Positions 49,297 to 62,283 are shown, counted from the first letter of the whole stretch. The stretch is DNA of 62,283 bases, filler included, from Chiloscyllium plagiosum (GCF_004010195.1; 4 parts of one record of this genome joined end to end with filler, not necessarily neighbours in it), one strand, 5' to 3'. Made by a program: numbers and translations. Notes: generated from the sequence alone by a model not told the origin.

Positions 49297-49391
49297 GCAC
49301 GGCCTAGCTGTGGAGGGCTACAAATGGTGCATTGAGACATTGGAGGAGAAGGTCCAGAGAGAGAAGGATGTTCCTGAAGTATCCGTATCGG
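49297..49391 (+). CDS. TTC19: TTC19 probable exon 7 (95 nt)
   Basis: ttacag|HGLAVEGYKWCIETLEEKVQREKDVPEVSVS|gtaaga; human AVAGYEFCISTLEEKIEREKE. Confidence 0.93.
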
Positions 49392-51096
49392 GTAAGATTG
49401 TCCATTGATGGGATTGAAACCATCACTGCACTTTAGTCTGGATTGTCACCACCTGCACATCGTGTGGGCTGTAGCTGCTTGGGAAGGCAGCACACCACCA
49501 TCACCACCTCCAGGATCGTTAGGGGTAAGTGAGTAATAAATGCTGACCCTGTGTCGAAAATGATTGGTAGCTAAAGCTGCCCTCTGCTGTTTAATCCCAG
49601 TACAGCGAATGAGGGTTTGCTAGAGCGATGTCAAGAAATCTGGGTGGAGAATTATCATCATTTGTCTATTAGTGTTCTGAGAACCTCTATATTACCCCGT
49701 GCTCTGAGCTTAGCCCAGGGCACGATATACTTGGACTGACTTTGTACTTATCTGTTTATGGTATGTGAGACATGTTGGCTCCTACCCCTAGTTGCCCCTT
49801 GAGAAGGTGGGGGTGAGCTGCCTTCTTGAACTGTTGCAGTCCCTGCTATGGGTAGACCCACAATGCTGTTGGGCAGGGAATTCTGGGATTTTGACCCAGG
49901 AACAGTAAGGAATGGTGATATATTTCCGAATCAGGATGGTGAGTGGCTTGGAGGGGAACTGAAGATGGTGGTGTTCCCATGTATCTGCTGCCTTTGGCCA
50001 GGGCATTGGAAAGTGGTGTCTCAGGAGCCTTGGTGAATTTGTGCAGTGCATCTTGTGGATAGTACACATTGTTGTTCCTGAGTGTCAGTGGTGGGTAGGG
50101 CAGTGATGGTCTAGTGGCATTATTATTAAACTATTATTCCGGAGACCTGGGTAATATTCTGAGGATGTGGAAGCTGTGGCAGATGGTGGAATTTGAATTC
50201 AATAAATATCTGGAATTAAGAGTCTAATGATAACCATGAAAGCCGTTGTCAATTGTCCCACTTCAGAATGTCCTGTAGCCACACTGAGACACCCTTGATC
50301 CTAGCCCCCGTTATCCTGGAGTGTTGATTGCACCTACCTGTCTGTTCCCCTGATATTGAATCCCATGTTACTGCGGCATTCTCACTCAGCATCTTGCTTT
50401 CCACTGCAGCAGAGCTGACTATGGTCAGAGGGTTTAGCTGCTACATGTTTCCTCTGAGGCCAAACCCCCAGCATTATCTAAAGTGTTATAATTGTTTTAG
50501 GGGGGAATGGCCACTGGCTTTTCCTGCACTTTTTGCCTCCTCCTTTTACTCTTGCTGTTGGTCGTCCATTCCTCTGCTGTCTGTGGAGTGAGCACCTCTC
50601 TGTATGTGCTCTCCATGCTGCTCTCAGCCTAATGGATTCTCCATAGTCCTCAGGTGCTGCCCCAACTCTGCAAATCAGGCTTCCAGGAGCTGCAGCTGAA
50701 GACACTCCTGCAAGTGTGCTGGCTCTAGGCGCTAGAACTGGGCCCGACTTTGCACATATAGTCACAGGAGGAACAAACCACAGCAAAACTAAAATAAGAC
50801 TGTCAGCGCTGAGGGAGCGCCGCACTGTCGGCATGGCCAACAGGTTTGTTGGCATATTTAAAAATGCAGCAAATGTTCCAGTGCTGTGGGGCCCACATTT
50901 AAAGTCTATCAATAGCAGTAAATTTGGTTATTCAATCGTTATTATGTCACGGTTTGTGGGAGCTTACTGTGCAGAAAACAGTTGCTGCTTTTCCCACATG
51001 ATGTAGGTGATGTGCTTGGAACTGCAGGCAGGTGCATTGGGATGTTCTGAGCAATGCAGTGGTTGCTGCAGTGACCCACCTGTGTTTGTTTTCTAG

Positions 51097-51251
51097 CTGC
51101 TGAGAAGGCCAATACCCGTCTGCTGTTGGGGATGTGCCTGGACTCGTGTGCTCGCTACATGACAAGCCAGAAGCAGCTGGTGTTAGCAGAGAGTCTGTAT
51201 CAGCAGGCACTGGCAATCTCTCAGCAAGTGCAGGGGGAGACTCACCCACAG
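51097..51251 (+). CDS. TTC19: TTC19 probable exon 8 (155 nt)
   Basis: ttctag|AEKANTRLLLGMCLDSCARYMTSQKQLVLAESLYQQALAISQQVQGETHPQ|gtaaga; human EKANTHLLLGMCLDACARY...QGERHPQ. Confidence 0.95.
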
Positions 51252-52618
51252 GTAAGAAAGAATCTGATGGTAGGGGGGGCTACAGTGGCTCTCCCCTGCC
51301 CTGTCTGTCCACTCGGTCTGTCTGCACGTACCTACTGTCTCACTGTCAGTCTCTGAAATATCTCCTGTCCCCTCTCTGATTTCTCCTGTTATCATCTGAC
51401 CGATACACGGAATGATAGAACATACAAAGGTACAGCATAGAACAGGCCCTTAGGCCCATGATGTTGTGCCGAGATTTAATCCTAATGTAAAATATAGTAA
51501 CTTAACATACAATCCCTCAGCTCACTGCTATCCATGTGCATATGCAGCAGTCGCTTAAATGTCCCCAATGACTCTGCTTCCACCATCTGGTGTTTGCTGC
51601 CTATCAGTAGGTACTGCAGAGCCACCTTGTTTAACCCTGAGTAGCACTAACCAAACTGGTGCAAGGCCTGTGAAACCTGGCAAGGAGGAAGAGAAAATGC
51701 TGGATATGAAGAGAGAAATGGAGTAAACGTTTCAGCTCTGCTCATTCATTGTTTGCAAGGTTGTCAGTAAGTTACTCACGTTAGCATTTGGGAATCTGGC
51801 CATTATCAATGGAGGCACAGACTAAATCCAAAGAGTTGGACCAAACCTTTATCTAACTCTCAGCTGGAGTCTTTTTGTTTTCAAAATTCATTCTTGGGAT
51901 GGGGGTGTTGCTGTCTGTTGCCTGTTCCTAATTGAGTGACTTGCTTGGCCATTTCAGAAGGCAGTAAAGAGTCAGCCATACTAATGTATGTCTAAAGCCA
52001 CAGTCAGGCCAGATCAGAAACTGGTAATGACCGAAGGTACAGAGAGGGGAAGAATGACAGGTGTAAATGTCTAAAAGGTGTTTGGGAAGCAGCAGGGTTT
52101 TTATGATTATTGACGGTGTTTCCAGCTCACCATTAAGCTGGCTTTCAATTCACATTTCACCATCTGCTGCGAGTTCACAATTCGGGAGTAACTTCCAAAA
52201 GGGAATTGGCTGAGTACTTGAAGATGAAGAAAACGTTGTGAGATATGGGACAGAATTGGGGGAGTGAGGCAAAAGAACCATTCATTGAATGAGCCAGCAC
52301 AATCTCGATGGGCAGAATATCCATGTGATGGTCTTACTATTTGATGACTCCTGAGATCAGAGGCTAGCAGTCTAAATCTTTGATATGAAGTTGTATCATT
52401 CCACTCCCATCCCATTAACTTGCAAAGATGCCTGAGTTTCTGCCCCTGACTCTGTCCTCTCTCTCTGTCTCTTCCCCATCTGCCTATTTCTCCCTACCTC
52501 CCACTGCTCGCTCGCTTGTTCGCTCCCTCTCTCTCCCATCCCCCCCCTGCACTCACCCTCTCCCTCCCTCTGTGCTGTCTCTCTTCCTCATTATGTGCTC
52601 ACTTTCCTTCCCTCTGCA

Positions 52619-52718
52619 NNNNNNNNNNNNNNNNNNNNNNNNNNNNNNNNNNNNNNNNNNNNTTAATTAATTAANNNNNNNNNNNNNNNNNNNNNNNNNN
52701 NNNNNNNNNNNNNNNNNN
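52619..52718. other. Artificial contig spacer 44N-TTAATTAATTAA-44N
   Basis: Same 100-bp construct as at 10410. Confidence 0.95.
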
Positions 52719-53012
52719 ACTAGAGGACATAGGTTTAGAGTGAGAGGGGAAAGATATAAAAGAGACCTAAGGGGCAACTTTTTCACGCAGAGGGTGGTGC
52801 GTAGGTGGAATGAGCTGCCAGAGGAAGTGGTGGAGGCTGGTACAATTGCAACATTTAAAAAGCATCTGGATGGGTATATGAATAGGAAGGGTTTGGATGG
52901 ATATGGGCCGGGTGCTGGCAGGTGGGACTAGATTGGGTTGGGATATCTGGTTGGCATGGATGGGTTGGACCAAAGGGTCTGTTTCCATGCTGTACATCTC
53001 TATGACTCTATG
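52719..53012 (+). mobile_element. CR1/HER1 3' end
   Basis: RGERYKRDLRGNFFTQRVVRRWNELPEEVVEA and a CTCTATGACTCTATGA tail. Confidence 0.9.
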
Positions 53013-53409
53013 AGATGTTAAATGGGCCTCAGCTTAATATCTGGTGCCTGCCTTGACTTCCTGCTCATGTATCAAAAGAGAAGCTTCAATTCACAACATA
53101 ATAATTTTCTACTTCTTTAACCAATACAAAATAATTACCAAAATGTGACAGACTATTAATATGTAACATAAATGTTAATTATTCAGATAACAGCCATCAC
53201 CTTCCCATTTTAAGCAATCAATAATATAGATTTAACATTTTTTTTGCTTAACACATCGTTAAACATTTCCAAGCACTTAGCCATGTTTGTCTTGAACAAT
53301 TAGTCCATGTGTCTTTAATTAAATGAATTGACAAAACAATGTGATGATATTTCCTAGAAATCAAACTGAAATCCTTTCTTGGTAGATTCAACAAAGCTTC
53401 ATTAGTTAT

Positions 53410-53830
53410 CTATGAGTATGGTACAGTACTGATGAAGCCTGACACAAAGTTGTGGACTCAAGTCCTGCTCCAGATACTGACATAATCTAGGCTGACACTC
53501 CAGAGCATTTGGAGGTGCTGAGATATCAAATCAAGCCTCTGTCTGCTCTCTTGGGTGGGCATAAAAGATCTAATGGCACTACTTTAAAAAGCAAGGGAAT
53601 GTCCTAGTGTTTCAGCAATATTTGTTTCTCATTCAACATTACTAGTACAAATTATCTGGCCACTAATTCATTTGCTGGTTGTGGATAATTGCTGGACACA
53701 AACTAGCTATCATGTTTCCTACATTATAACACAAGTCCACTTCAAAAGCACTTAAATGGTTGTAAAGCACTTTGGAATGTCATTAGATTGTGAACGGTGC
53801 TTTAAAGTTTCAAGTTTCTCTTTCTTTATT
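53410..53830 (+). mobile_element. Deu-domain SINE (SacSINE1/AmnSINE1-like)
   Basis: ATAATCTAGGCTGACACTCCAG...GGGTGGGCATAAAAGATCTAATGGCACTA...TTCCTACATTA...ACTTCAAAAG...GTAAAGCACTTTGG resembles the recalled Deu domain. Confidence 0.7.
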
Positions 53831-55149
53831 TTCCCTTCAAAGGTGATGTTGAGTTACCTTTTAGATCAATGTGTTCTACAAAGATTTTTTTTGGTATTGT
53901 AGAGTAAAATTGATCTGAAAAAACAAAGATTGTGGAAAGATTAATTGCAGTTTTTTAAAAAGGAGATTATTGACACTCATTGTAAGTACTGTTTACACAG
54001 GTGTTTGTTCAAGCAATGGGGGGGAAAGTCTAGTTCCAGACAAACTTGAGTCAGGGGGGTTTGTGGGGTGAGAGCGGAGGTGGAGATGTATGAATGGAGA
54101 TTCAGCCATCAACAATTAACTGATTTGTCTGGGGAATCATGCGTGCTTGTCAATTACAAAGGCCTTCTACCTGATTTGATTTGATTTAAACTTTACTGTC
54201 AAATGTAAAAAAAGTACATTGAAAAGTGTGTAATGTCACCACACATGGTGCCATCTTAAGTATGAAGGTACCTAGGTACAAAACATAGCGAAACACAGCT
54301 CCAAGTAAAACATTACCATTGTTATTAGTATAAGTGGAAAAATAAAGGAATAAAGTTAAAGGTTAACATTATTTTTCCATTTAATACTAGGAAGGATTAT
54401 AAAGGGATAAAGGTAAGAGTTTAACATTCTTTTCTTAAGTGCACTCCCTGAAAGGGCTCGGTCTCATATGCTTTGGCCCATTCTCTGAGAAACCTTGAGC
54501 TTTTTGCTATCGCGCCACAGATGCTGTGGGACCTCCCTCACTGACACTTCGGGCTTGCTCCAACCACGCTGAACTCAGGCCCACAGCCGCTTCCACCCAA
54601 TGAATCTTCAGCCAATGCCACTCATGACCCACAGCCTCTGCCAGTCTCCCCATGATGCAACTGCTGGCTCTCTCTCTAGAACTCCAGAAGATAGGAAAGA
54701 CGAGAAGTGAAAAAAGAATGCAGCCAGCCTAAGGCGGATGGGCCTACTATGCCGGTATCACCCTCTGGAGTAGCTGGCTCATTCTACTCTCCCACTGCTG
54801 GGTCCCACAATCTGTCCACCCACACTGCCGGATCCCACTCCCTCCTCCACACTGCTGGCCTGCTTTCACCTGCTGCTACTTTAAAAAGCCTTTAAAACAA
54901 AACAAAAAAGCAAAAAGAAAGAAAAAGAAACAATGAAAGCATACAACAGCAGACAAATCCCAGAGCAGGAGCTTGAATGCAGTGCAATTACTCCGATGCT
55001 GCCATCTAGTGCTTTGGTTGTGTTGCCAATAGCTCCTATAGCTAAGCAGCCTGGGGTGGGGGAGGGAGAAGGAAGGAAGGAGCTATACTTCTCTTTAGAG
55101 TGAAAAAAAACCTATTTGTATTCCAAGAGCAAAACGAAGTGTTGAGCTC

Positions 55150-55595
55150 GATCAGCCTATGTACCAGACAGAAGATAGAGACTTCCAGATCTCAATCCTA
55201 TCATCTCCCACCAACTGCTGTGGGGCTTGTGTTGTGTGTGTGGTGGGGTTGAATTCCTCTAATAGACACCTATGCGGGACATCTTTTGATATGCAACAAC
55301 ATTCCCATGTCAACAGACATATGGTCGTTGACACAAGGCATACCCAGTTCCAGTAGCAAGGAAACCTTAACAATTGGGGATTTTCATCCCCTATCACAGC
55401 TGTTGATATCACACAAGTATCTTTTCCATACATCACTGTTGAGGACTCTTTTTTTGGATTATGTTTTGTCGGATTCCTCCTCTCCAACCTTACTGTCATG
55501 GGTGGCCCTCCCAGGAGTTGAGAATTCCTGACAACATCACTTTCAAGATCAATGGAAGCCTCTCGACTGCAGTAAGGATGCAATGCACAGAAAAG
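55150..55595 (-). mobile_element. RTE (Expander/Rex3-like) 5' UTR remnant
   Basis: Reverse complement GATGTTGTCAGGAATTCTCAACTCCTGGGAGGGCCACCCATGACAGTAAGG resembles the recalled RTE 5' UTR motif. Confidence 0.45.
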
Positions 55596-55768
55596 ATTCA
55601 CAAAGCATTAAAGTGCCATTAGACACCAAAGAAAATAAAAGTGGACAGAAACAAAAATGAGGAGAAATCATATTTCCATTTCATAATATAGGATAAGATA
55701 CTCTTGACACCCAGGTAAGTGGAATTTTTAGCAGCATTTAAACATGAACCTCCGTACATAGCAAAACA

Positions 55769-56632
55769 TGCGATTGGATACTGGAACCATGGCTACACCC
55801 TGATGGTACTATGTCTTTAGGAGAGATTTGGTCTGTGTTATTTCTTGAAGGGAGATGTTGACACTGTGGTTCTGGAATGTCTTCTTCAAAAACTGTGGAT
55901 AAATGGTGCGAAGCTCCCTGGATGTTTTTTAGAGAAAAAAATTGAGTGGGAGGAGTCAGGCTCTCACAGACCCAGAGTTTTAGTTTTGCTTTCATTTGGG
56001 TTTTAGAGTTAGCTGTTGAAGCTGATAGATGCAGTTCTCCCTCTATTGCTATATTGATTCTTTCAGTGTTCCTTTCTCCTGAACTGGAAGGGAGAAAGCA
56101 TGTGAGGAAAATCTGTTTTGCTGAAATTGTCTTCACCAAGGCTATGGTTATGGGATAAAATCTGAAAGAGCTGCAGATGCTGTAAATCAGAAACAAAAAC
56201 AGAAATGGCAGCATCTGTGGAGAGAAATCAGAGGTAACATTTTGGGTCCAGTGACCCTGCCTCAGAACACATCCTTCTGAAATGTTAACTCTGATTTCTC
56301 TTCACAGATGCTGCCAGATCTGCTGAGCTTTTCCAACAATTTCTGCTTTTGTTTGTGTTTATGGGAGGCTGCTATATGGGAACAGATGATTGGTAGTTGA
56401 ATAATATTTTATTAAGTATTTCAATAGAGTTAAATTTATAACAATTCTTCTTTTTTTGTTTGTTTCTTAACTGTGTTGGAAGAATAAAGTGTGTTTTGAT
56501 TAAAGCCTAATAGTGAACCATTCAAATACACTGGAACACGGTGCCTTACACTTGTCTTTAAATAAAATGAAGTATTAAGGTCTAGGCTATCATCTTTGCA
56601 TATTTTGAGGCGGCTTTGTCTGGTCCATTACA
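55769..56632 (+). mobile_element. Probable solo LTR with an internal Penelope-type palindrome (~56165-56352)
   Basis: Contains AATAAA and ends TTTTGAGG...CTGGTCCATTACA, like the end of the LTR at 61075-61664. Left boundary uncertain. Confidence 0.55.
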
Positions 56633-57678
56633 ATACCATATTGCAAAGTCAGCTCATACCAAAAAAACATGTGACTGTTAAGTTGTGTATAATATGTTGC
56701 GCAAACAGCATTACAGGCAAAAGAGAAAGTACAAACGATAGGCTGGATTTTACCAAAAAAGGATTTAATTGCAGGGAATTTCATGGAAAGCCTCTTTTTT
56801 TTTTTATGGGCTTGACAGAATTATCACACATTTCTCTTCTGCCCAGCTCATTATGTTTGCCCCACCAAGTATGGCACTTTGCTTGTGCTATCATGCGTAC
56901 ACCAACGGAGAAAGTACTCAGCACTGCTGAGACCTTCTGGGATTTATGCTGCAGGCACCATTTTTAAAGATCAGCTGTGCGCTCGGTTAATTGCCAACTA
57001 CAAAGGGCCATTCACAGTAAACAGTGGGATGGAAATGAAAAGAATAGCCTCTGAGGCCACAAAGGCAGCCTGAGCATTACTTCAATAGAAAGAGAGGTTC
57101 ACATTACTGATTTACATCATCATCTCTGATCATTGTGATTATAACTGTAGCTGCAAGAATAAAGCTACAAAGGCTAAATATCGTTCAAACTATGTCATGT
57201 TAGGAAGCACTTCTACACACAAACGGTGGTAAAGGTTGGAAAATCTGTATCACAAACAGCATTTACACCAGATCAGTTGTTAATTTTAAATCTGAGATAG
57301 TAAAATTTTTGTTAAGCAAAGGTATTAACAGATATGGGTCAAAGGTAGATAGATAGAGTTAGGCCACTGATGTGCCATGATCTTATTGAATAATAGAACA
57401 TGCTCAAGGATCTGAATGGACTCCTTGTGTTCCTATATAAAGTACTGCCTACAATAACATCTGGTCAATGTTCAATGTGGGAGATTCATTGGTGTGAAGC
57501 TTCAAAGTATTAATTTTAACTTTTATTGAGCAACAGGAAAAGCAAAGAAACATCAAACAAGAAAGCTGTACTTCCTTCTGGTGTTAAGCACGGGCTGCTT
57601 GCCTTTTGAACAACCATGAAGTTAGAGTCAATGAATGGTGACCTCACTCAATTCACAATTATTGAAATTGGGTGTCAA

Positions 57679-57995
57679 TTAGATTAGATTACATACAGTG
57701 TGGAAACAGGCCCTTCGGCCCAACAAGTCCACACCAACCCACCGAAGCAACCCACCCAAACCCATTCCCCTACATTTACCCCTTCACCTAACACCACGGG
57801 CAATTTAGCATAGCCAATTCACCTAACCTGCACATTTTTGGACTGTGGGTGGAAACCGGAGCACCCAGAGGAAACCCATGCAGACACGGGGAGAATGTGC
57901 AAACTCCACACAGTCAGTCGCCTGAGGCGGGAATTGAACCCAGGTTTCTGGCCCTGTGAGGCAGCAGTGCTAACCACTATGCCACCGTGCCACCC
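57679..57995 (-). mobile_element. HE1-like V-SINE, well preserved
   Basis: Reverse complement GGTGGCACGGTGGCATAGTGGTTAGCACTGCTGCCTCACAG...GGTTCAATTCCCGCC...(TAATC)n. Confidence 0.9.
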
Positions 57996-58199
57996 ATAAA
58001 TCCCAGCTGTCTTGTATAACCTGATACTACTCTATGCTGTAGGTGATGTTCCTCTTGCTTCATATCTTCATCTTCAGTAGACTGATGCTGCTCTTCCAGC
58101 TCTTCAGCACAATTCCATCCCTCTTTGCTTGTTCCATTCATGCAGGACAAAGTATGCAAATGTTACTATAACACACTCTATAACCTGTCTGGACTGCAT

Positions 58200-60150
58200 T
58201 GCATGTCCCCACTCCCACCTCATCCAAACTGATCCAAGCATTGGAACCCCATATTCCAAAGGCCTACCTTCTGTTCCACCATGCTCCTGGTGAAAGAATA
58301 GGCTGCATTCTAACTACATTTGCCATCAGTCAGGGGATGTGTTACAGATTCATCAGCTAGGTTTGCATGCTTCTCTTGTAAGGTATTTGGCCCCTGAAAT
58401 AAATCAGGTACATGAGAGTTCTCAAGGAAAAAGCATCACGGCAGCTTGCAGAGTACCTGGCACAGACTTCTAAGGTATGGTGCCTTTGATCATAGATAAC
58501 TTATCCATTGATGAAATGGAACTTCAGTTGTTGAAGTCAGTGACATTAAAACATGTGTAAAGTCTATAGTTGGCTACATCTGGGGGAAGCGAGCCACGTT
58601 GGAAAGTATACTGCCTGGTTGGTAACATTAACTATATCACAAGGAAACAATATGAAGCGGTTTGATCTGACACACATTGCATTGGTAATGACTTTGATAT
58701 CTTTGTGAATTGAGGATTGCCAGATCCCCCCAAAGGTCTCCAATGCATTCTTGCAAGCAGCCAGATGCATAACATAGCCATGTTTGTCCTATGACCATCT
58801 ACTCCTCCAAGTCACCAGTCCCAATCCAGGAGATGACACAGAAAGGTCAGGTCTCATGTCATGTCCCGAATGGAGTGGAAAGATTATCGAGCCCTGCTCC
58901 TGGTTCAGAAAGTTGCTGCTCCAAGTTTCCTGGAGCTGCGCTGTGCTGTATACCTAGTGGTTCCTGACATCAAGAGGTGGGTTTTCACTGGGCCCCTCAT
59001 GATATCCAGCATATCCTGAGTGTGGGGTGCTCATTTCCTCTCACCTTTTGACACTTTTCCTCTTCTGTGCATGGTGATCCTCCCATACATCTTTGTTGGA
59101 AGAGAAGTTGTTGATGTGTCCTTTGTACAAATGTTGCTTTCCACTCTGCTGTTGACCTGAGGTGGACCTGTTTGAGGGAAGGGTTTTCCTTTTGCAGTTA
59201 CTCCTCACCACCTGCTACACCTCCCACCATTTTGTTCAGTGTTGTCTCCTCCATTGACTCTGTATTCTCAGGTGGAGGTTCAATCAGTTTAATCATTCTT
59301 AAAATCTTCATTTCTTTTCCAACAAATCTTGCCTTCCTTGATTATATATTTTCTGTTGTCTTCTTGGAGGCTGGTACTTTACTAGGCGTCTATTGCTTGA
59401 GTTGCCACTTCTGGCCAAATGTGCCTATGTGGTCCCAGTCTTGCATATACATTGTATAGGTGGCCTGCTTCTCCACACAGGTTGCAGCTCTTGGACTCTT
59501 TGCAGTCCTTAGTCATGTGAGCCTTCTGTTTGCAGTTCCTGCAGAGGGTCACTTTGCAGTCCACTGCCATGCATCCTGACCTCCCTCAGGTTTGGTATAT
59601 TCTAGACGTCTCCACATATATCAGATAGCCTCAGCTCCCTCCGATTGTAAAACTGGAGGGCGGGTAGAGGATGTTCCCCTGGGTCACCTTGACCTGTCAC
59701 TTTCTGTGTTGCCTGTTCCAAGCTATGTGTAACTTCCCAGGAAAGTCAGGATATCTATTGCCAGGACATCAGGGTTGTAAATACAGATTATAACAACCTG
59801 GCTTCTCTGCATGAGGAGGATAAACAATGACACCACAGACAGGATGGAGAGGGGACCTTCACCTTCTTCCCCTTCAAATATCTTCACAAGCTGCTCCTGT
59901 TGCTTCACGCTTCAGAAGGTCACACCGAAACACCCCTACTGGGGAAATTCTGTACACAGAAAATATCCACTGCTTGGAAATCGCAGCAATTCAGGAGGAC
60001 TTTCTTCACAAAGAAGGTCCAGTCGACCGACGATCCTTCCTCCACCTTCTTCATGGTTACCATAACTGTGTCCAAACACCCTGGCCTAGGGCATGGGTAT
60101 TTGCACAGGCCATAGATCTGGCTGGCTGTACACTTAACTGGCATTAGGCC
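58200..60150 (-). mobile_element. Decayed L1/Tx1-type LINE: ORF1 with CCHC knuckles plus ORF2 remnants
   Basis: FFVKKVLLNCCDFQAVDIFCVQNFP (ORF1 N-terminus); CRNCKQKAHMTKDCKESKSCNLCGEAGHLY (tandem CX2CX4HX4C). Multiple frameshifts. Confidence 0.7.
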
Positions 60151-61074
60151 AAAGTCAGCATGAAGATTACCGATGGCAGCTCAGCTCAACTGATGATCTT
60201 CCAATGTCCAATCATGATCCAGTGATGATCTCAAAATTCTCTGATGACTCACAACTTGGAGCTCCCACTTGGTCTGAGCCAAAACAATCAGAAACATAAG
60301 CATTTTTTTTGCCTCAATATAGTATCACTTTGGAAATCAAGCTCCTCTATTTTAGGAGTCGTTACAAATCTTCAAAGTTTTATTGAAAATAGCAAAACTC
60401 CACATTCATCGGATTTCCAATGTCAGGTTATTGAAAGCATAGACCAGGTATCAAGACTTAACAAGAATTATTTATACTCCAACTGCAGATATACAATTAT
60501 GAATCATGACATATAATTCTACTAGTTAAATGTTTAAGCCACTTAAAATTTCCCCCACAAACACACACACTTGTGTGCACTTTCAGCTCCAGCTCATGTG
60601 CTTCTTGATCCAGCAGCTGTGTAAACAATGCCTACAATGAATGTCAAGTTATCCATGTTCAAGGAATGCAATAACCCTTCAGCAATCCTTAGGTTTAAAA
60701 CAGTTCTTTTCCCATCTCATCCCCACAATTTAAAGTACATAAAAATTAAAAGACAGTTATTTAAAGCTGATTATATGATATTAAAAGTAAAACAACAGTT
60801 AAGGAAAAGATAGGCCTAATTGAATACAAAAAAAAGGATGCCCAAGGAATATGCAAGACCAAATAACAACGAGCTTGTTCCCTTGCATTTCATCTAATCC
60901 CCCTCCCACTCCACCAAGGACATGCAAGTCCTGCGCCTCCTCTATCGCCAAATTCTAACCACCTGATGCCTGGAGAAAGAACACCTCATCTTCTGCCTTG
61001 GGACACTCCAACAACATGGTATCAATATGGATTTCACCAGTTTTCTCATTTCTGTTCCCCCACCTTATTCCAGA

Positions 61075-62283
61075 TGTCACAATGTTGGTCTGTTTACAAG
61101 GTTACCAAGCTCTTGTGTTTTTCCAGAGAGGGGGTAATTGGCCAGGCTCCAACTAGGCTGGGTTTGAAGATAATGCCTCCGGCCTCAGGTTTTCATGTCT
61201 TAAAAAAGGTATAATCAAAGGGGAGTGGCTAGCTAGCCGTCATTTAAATTAGAGTTTTTGATTCAGTTCAGTAGCAGGGTGTGTGAAGAAAGGCTGCTGG
61301 GGCATTTCCCGCCAGGTACTCTCTCTCTCTCTCTAACTTCAAGTCTGTAAGCCTGGTTTGTTTCATTTTTACTCTTTGTGCTAAGGGATGTGTTTATTGG
61401 GACTGTTGCAAGTATTTTCGGAACACCGTCATTAAGTCGGGATTGTACGTTGGGTTTTAGATGGGCTAAGTTATCAGGTTTTTTTTCTGTTCCTTGTGTT
61501 TCATTAATTTTGTAAATAAATTCTGTTTGTTTAAAACTTGGCAGTAGGCTCAGCTAATTCACTTCAGGAATATCCACTATACACTTATCTAAAACAAATC
61601 ACAAAGTTATGGTCTGGGATACCTATTTTAAAATGTTTTGAGGAGTTGGGCCTGGTCCATAACAGACTGGGGGCTCTTTGCAGGGTTAACAGGGAGGCAG
61701 CGGGTGGTAGGTGTTGGTGTCTTTGTTCCAGGTGTTGATTTGGTTGGTTTAAACTGCGCTCAGATAGCAATGGCTCTTTCAGTCTCCAGGGAGGTTCTGG
61801 GGGTGGAAGAAGTGACCTTGGGAGTTTTACAAAAGGCAAATAAGACCAAGCTGCAGGAATTAGCAGACATGCTGGAGTCGGAGCAATCTCCTAATGTGAG
61901 GAAAGATGAGATGGTTACAGCAACAGCTCAGCATTTAAACTTGTTGGAAACACCATCAGAATCTGTAGAGATGGCAACAATTCAACTGCAAATGAAGCAG
62001 CTTGAGTTCGAGGTGAAGATAAGGAAAGGGTAGAAGAAATGTAACAGTTTGAGTTATGATTAAAAGCAGAATAGAAAGAAAAAAAATGAAGGACTTTAGC
62101 AGAAGAGAAAGAAAAAGAGAGTCCAAACTTAAAAAAATGACACTTAGAAAGGAAATTGAGCTTAAAAAGATGGAGATGAAGGCTGAAGGTAGGCTTAGTG
62201 AGGATGAGCAAGCCCCTGGTAGTCAGAAGACCAGTGAGAAACTATTTAAGTATGTTCATGTATTGCCTAAATTTGATGAGAAG
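61075..62283 (+). mobile_element. Gmr1-like Gypsy element: 5' LTR (61075-61664), tRNA-Pro PBS (61668), gag start (ATG 61770)
   Basis: TGTCAC...CATAACA LTR; PBS TGGGGGCTC; MALSVSREVLGVEEVTLGVLQKANKTKLQELA...LFKYVHVLPKFDEK with internal stops. Runs off the window end. Confidence 0.8.

Noticed and set aside
59382..60144. Host ZCCHC3 or CNBP-like gene
   Set aside because: Fragmented by frameshifts and stops and adjacent to other decayed LINE-like sequence. Better explained as a Tx1-type ORF1.
1..62283. ZSWIM7 or NCOR1 exons expected from mammalian TTC19 synteny
   Set aside because: No recognisable peptides found by eye, and the flanking segments are not demonstrably contiguous with TTC19.

Overview
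Repeat-dense eukaryotic genomic DNA, inferred to be from a shark (elasmobranch) because of HE1-like V-SINEs, HER1/CR1 LINEs, a Deu-type SINE and an LDH-B sequence resembling dogfish LDH-B as I recall it. Three artificial 100-bp spacers (44N-TTAATTAATTAA-44N at 10410, 41174 and 52619) split the window into four pieces whose adjacency is not established. The only host gene found is TTC19: six + strand coding exons between 41446 and 51251, with exons 1, 3 and 9 onward not visible. The rest is mostly decayed CR1, Rex1/Babar, RTE and Tx1 LINEs, Penelope-like elements carrying minimal hammerhead ribozyme motifs, Gypsy LTR elements, SINEs, a Tigger-type MITE and minisatellites. The most striking object is a nearly full-length, intronless LDH-B coding sequence (15428-16412) that lacks a poly(A) tail and sits inside the 5' LTR of a Gypsy element, directly upstream of its PBS and gag-pro-pol. 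Family assignments are from recalled motifs, not database searches, and most repeat boundaries are approximate.
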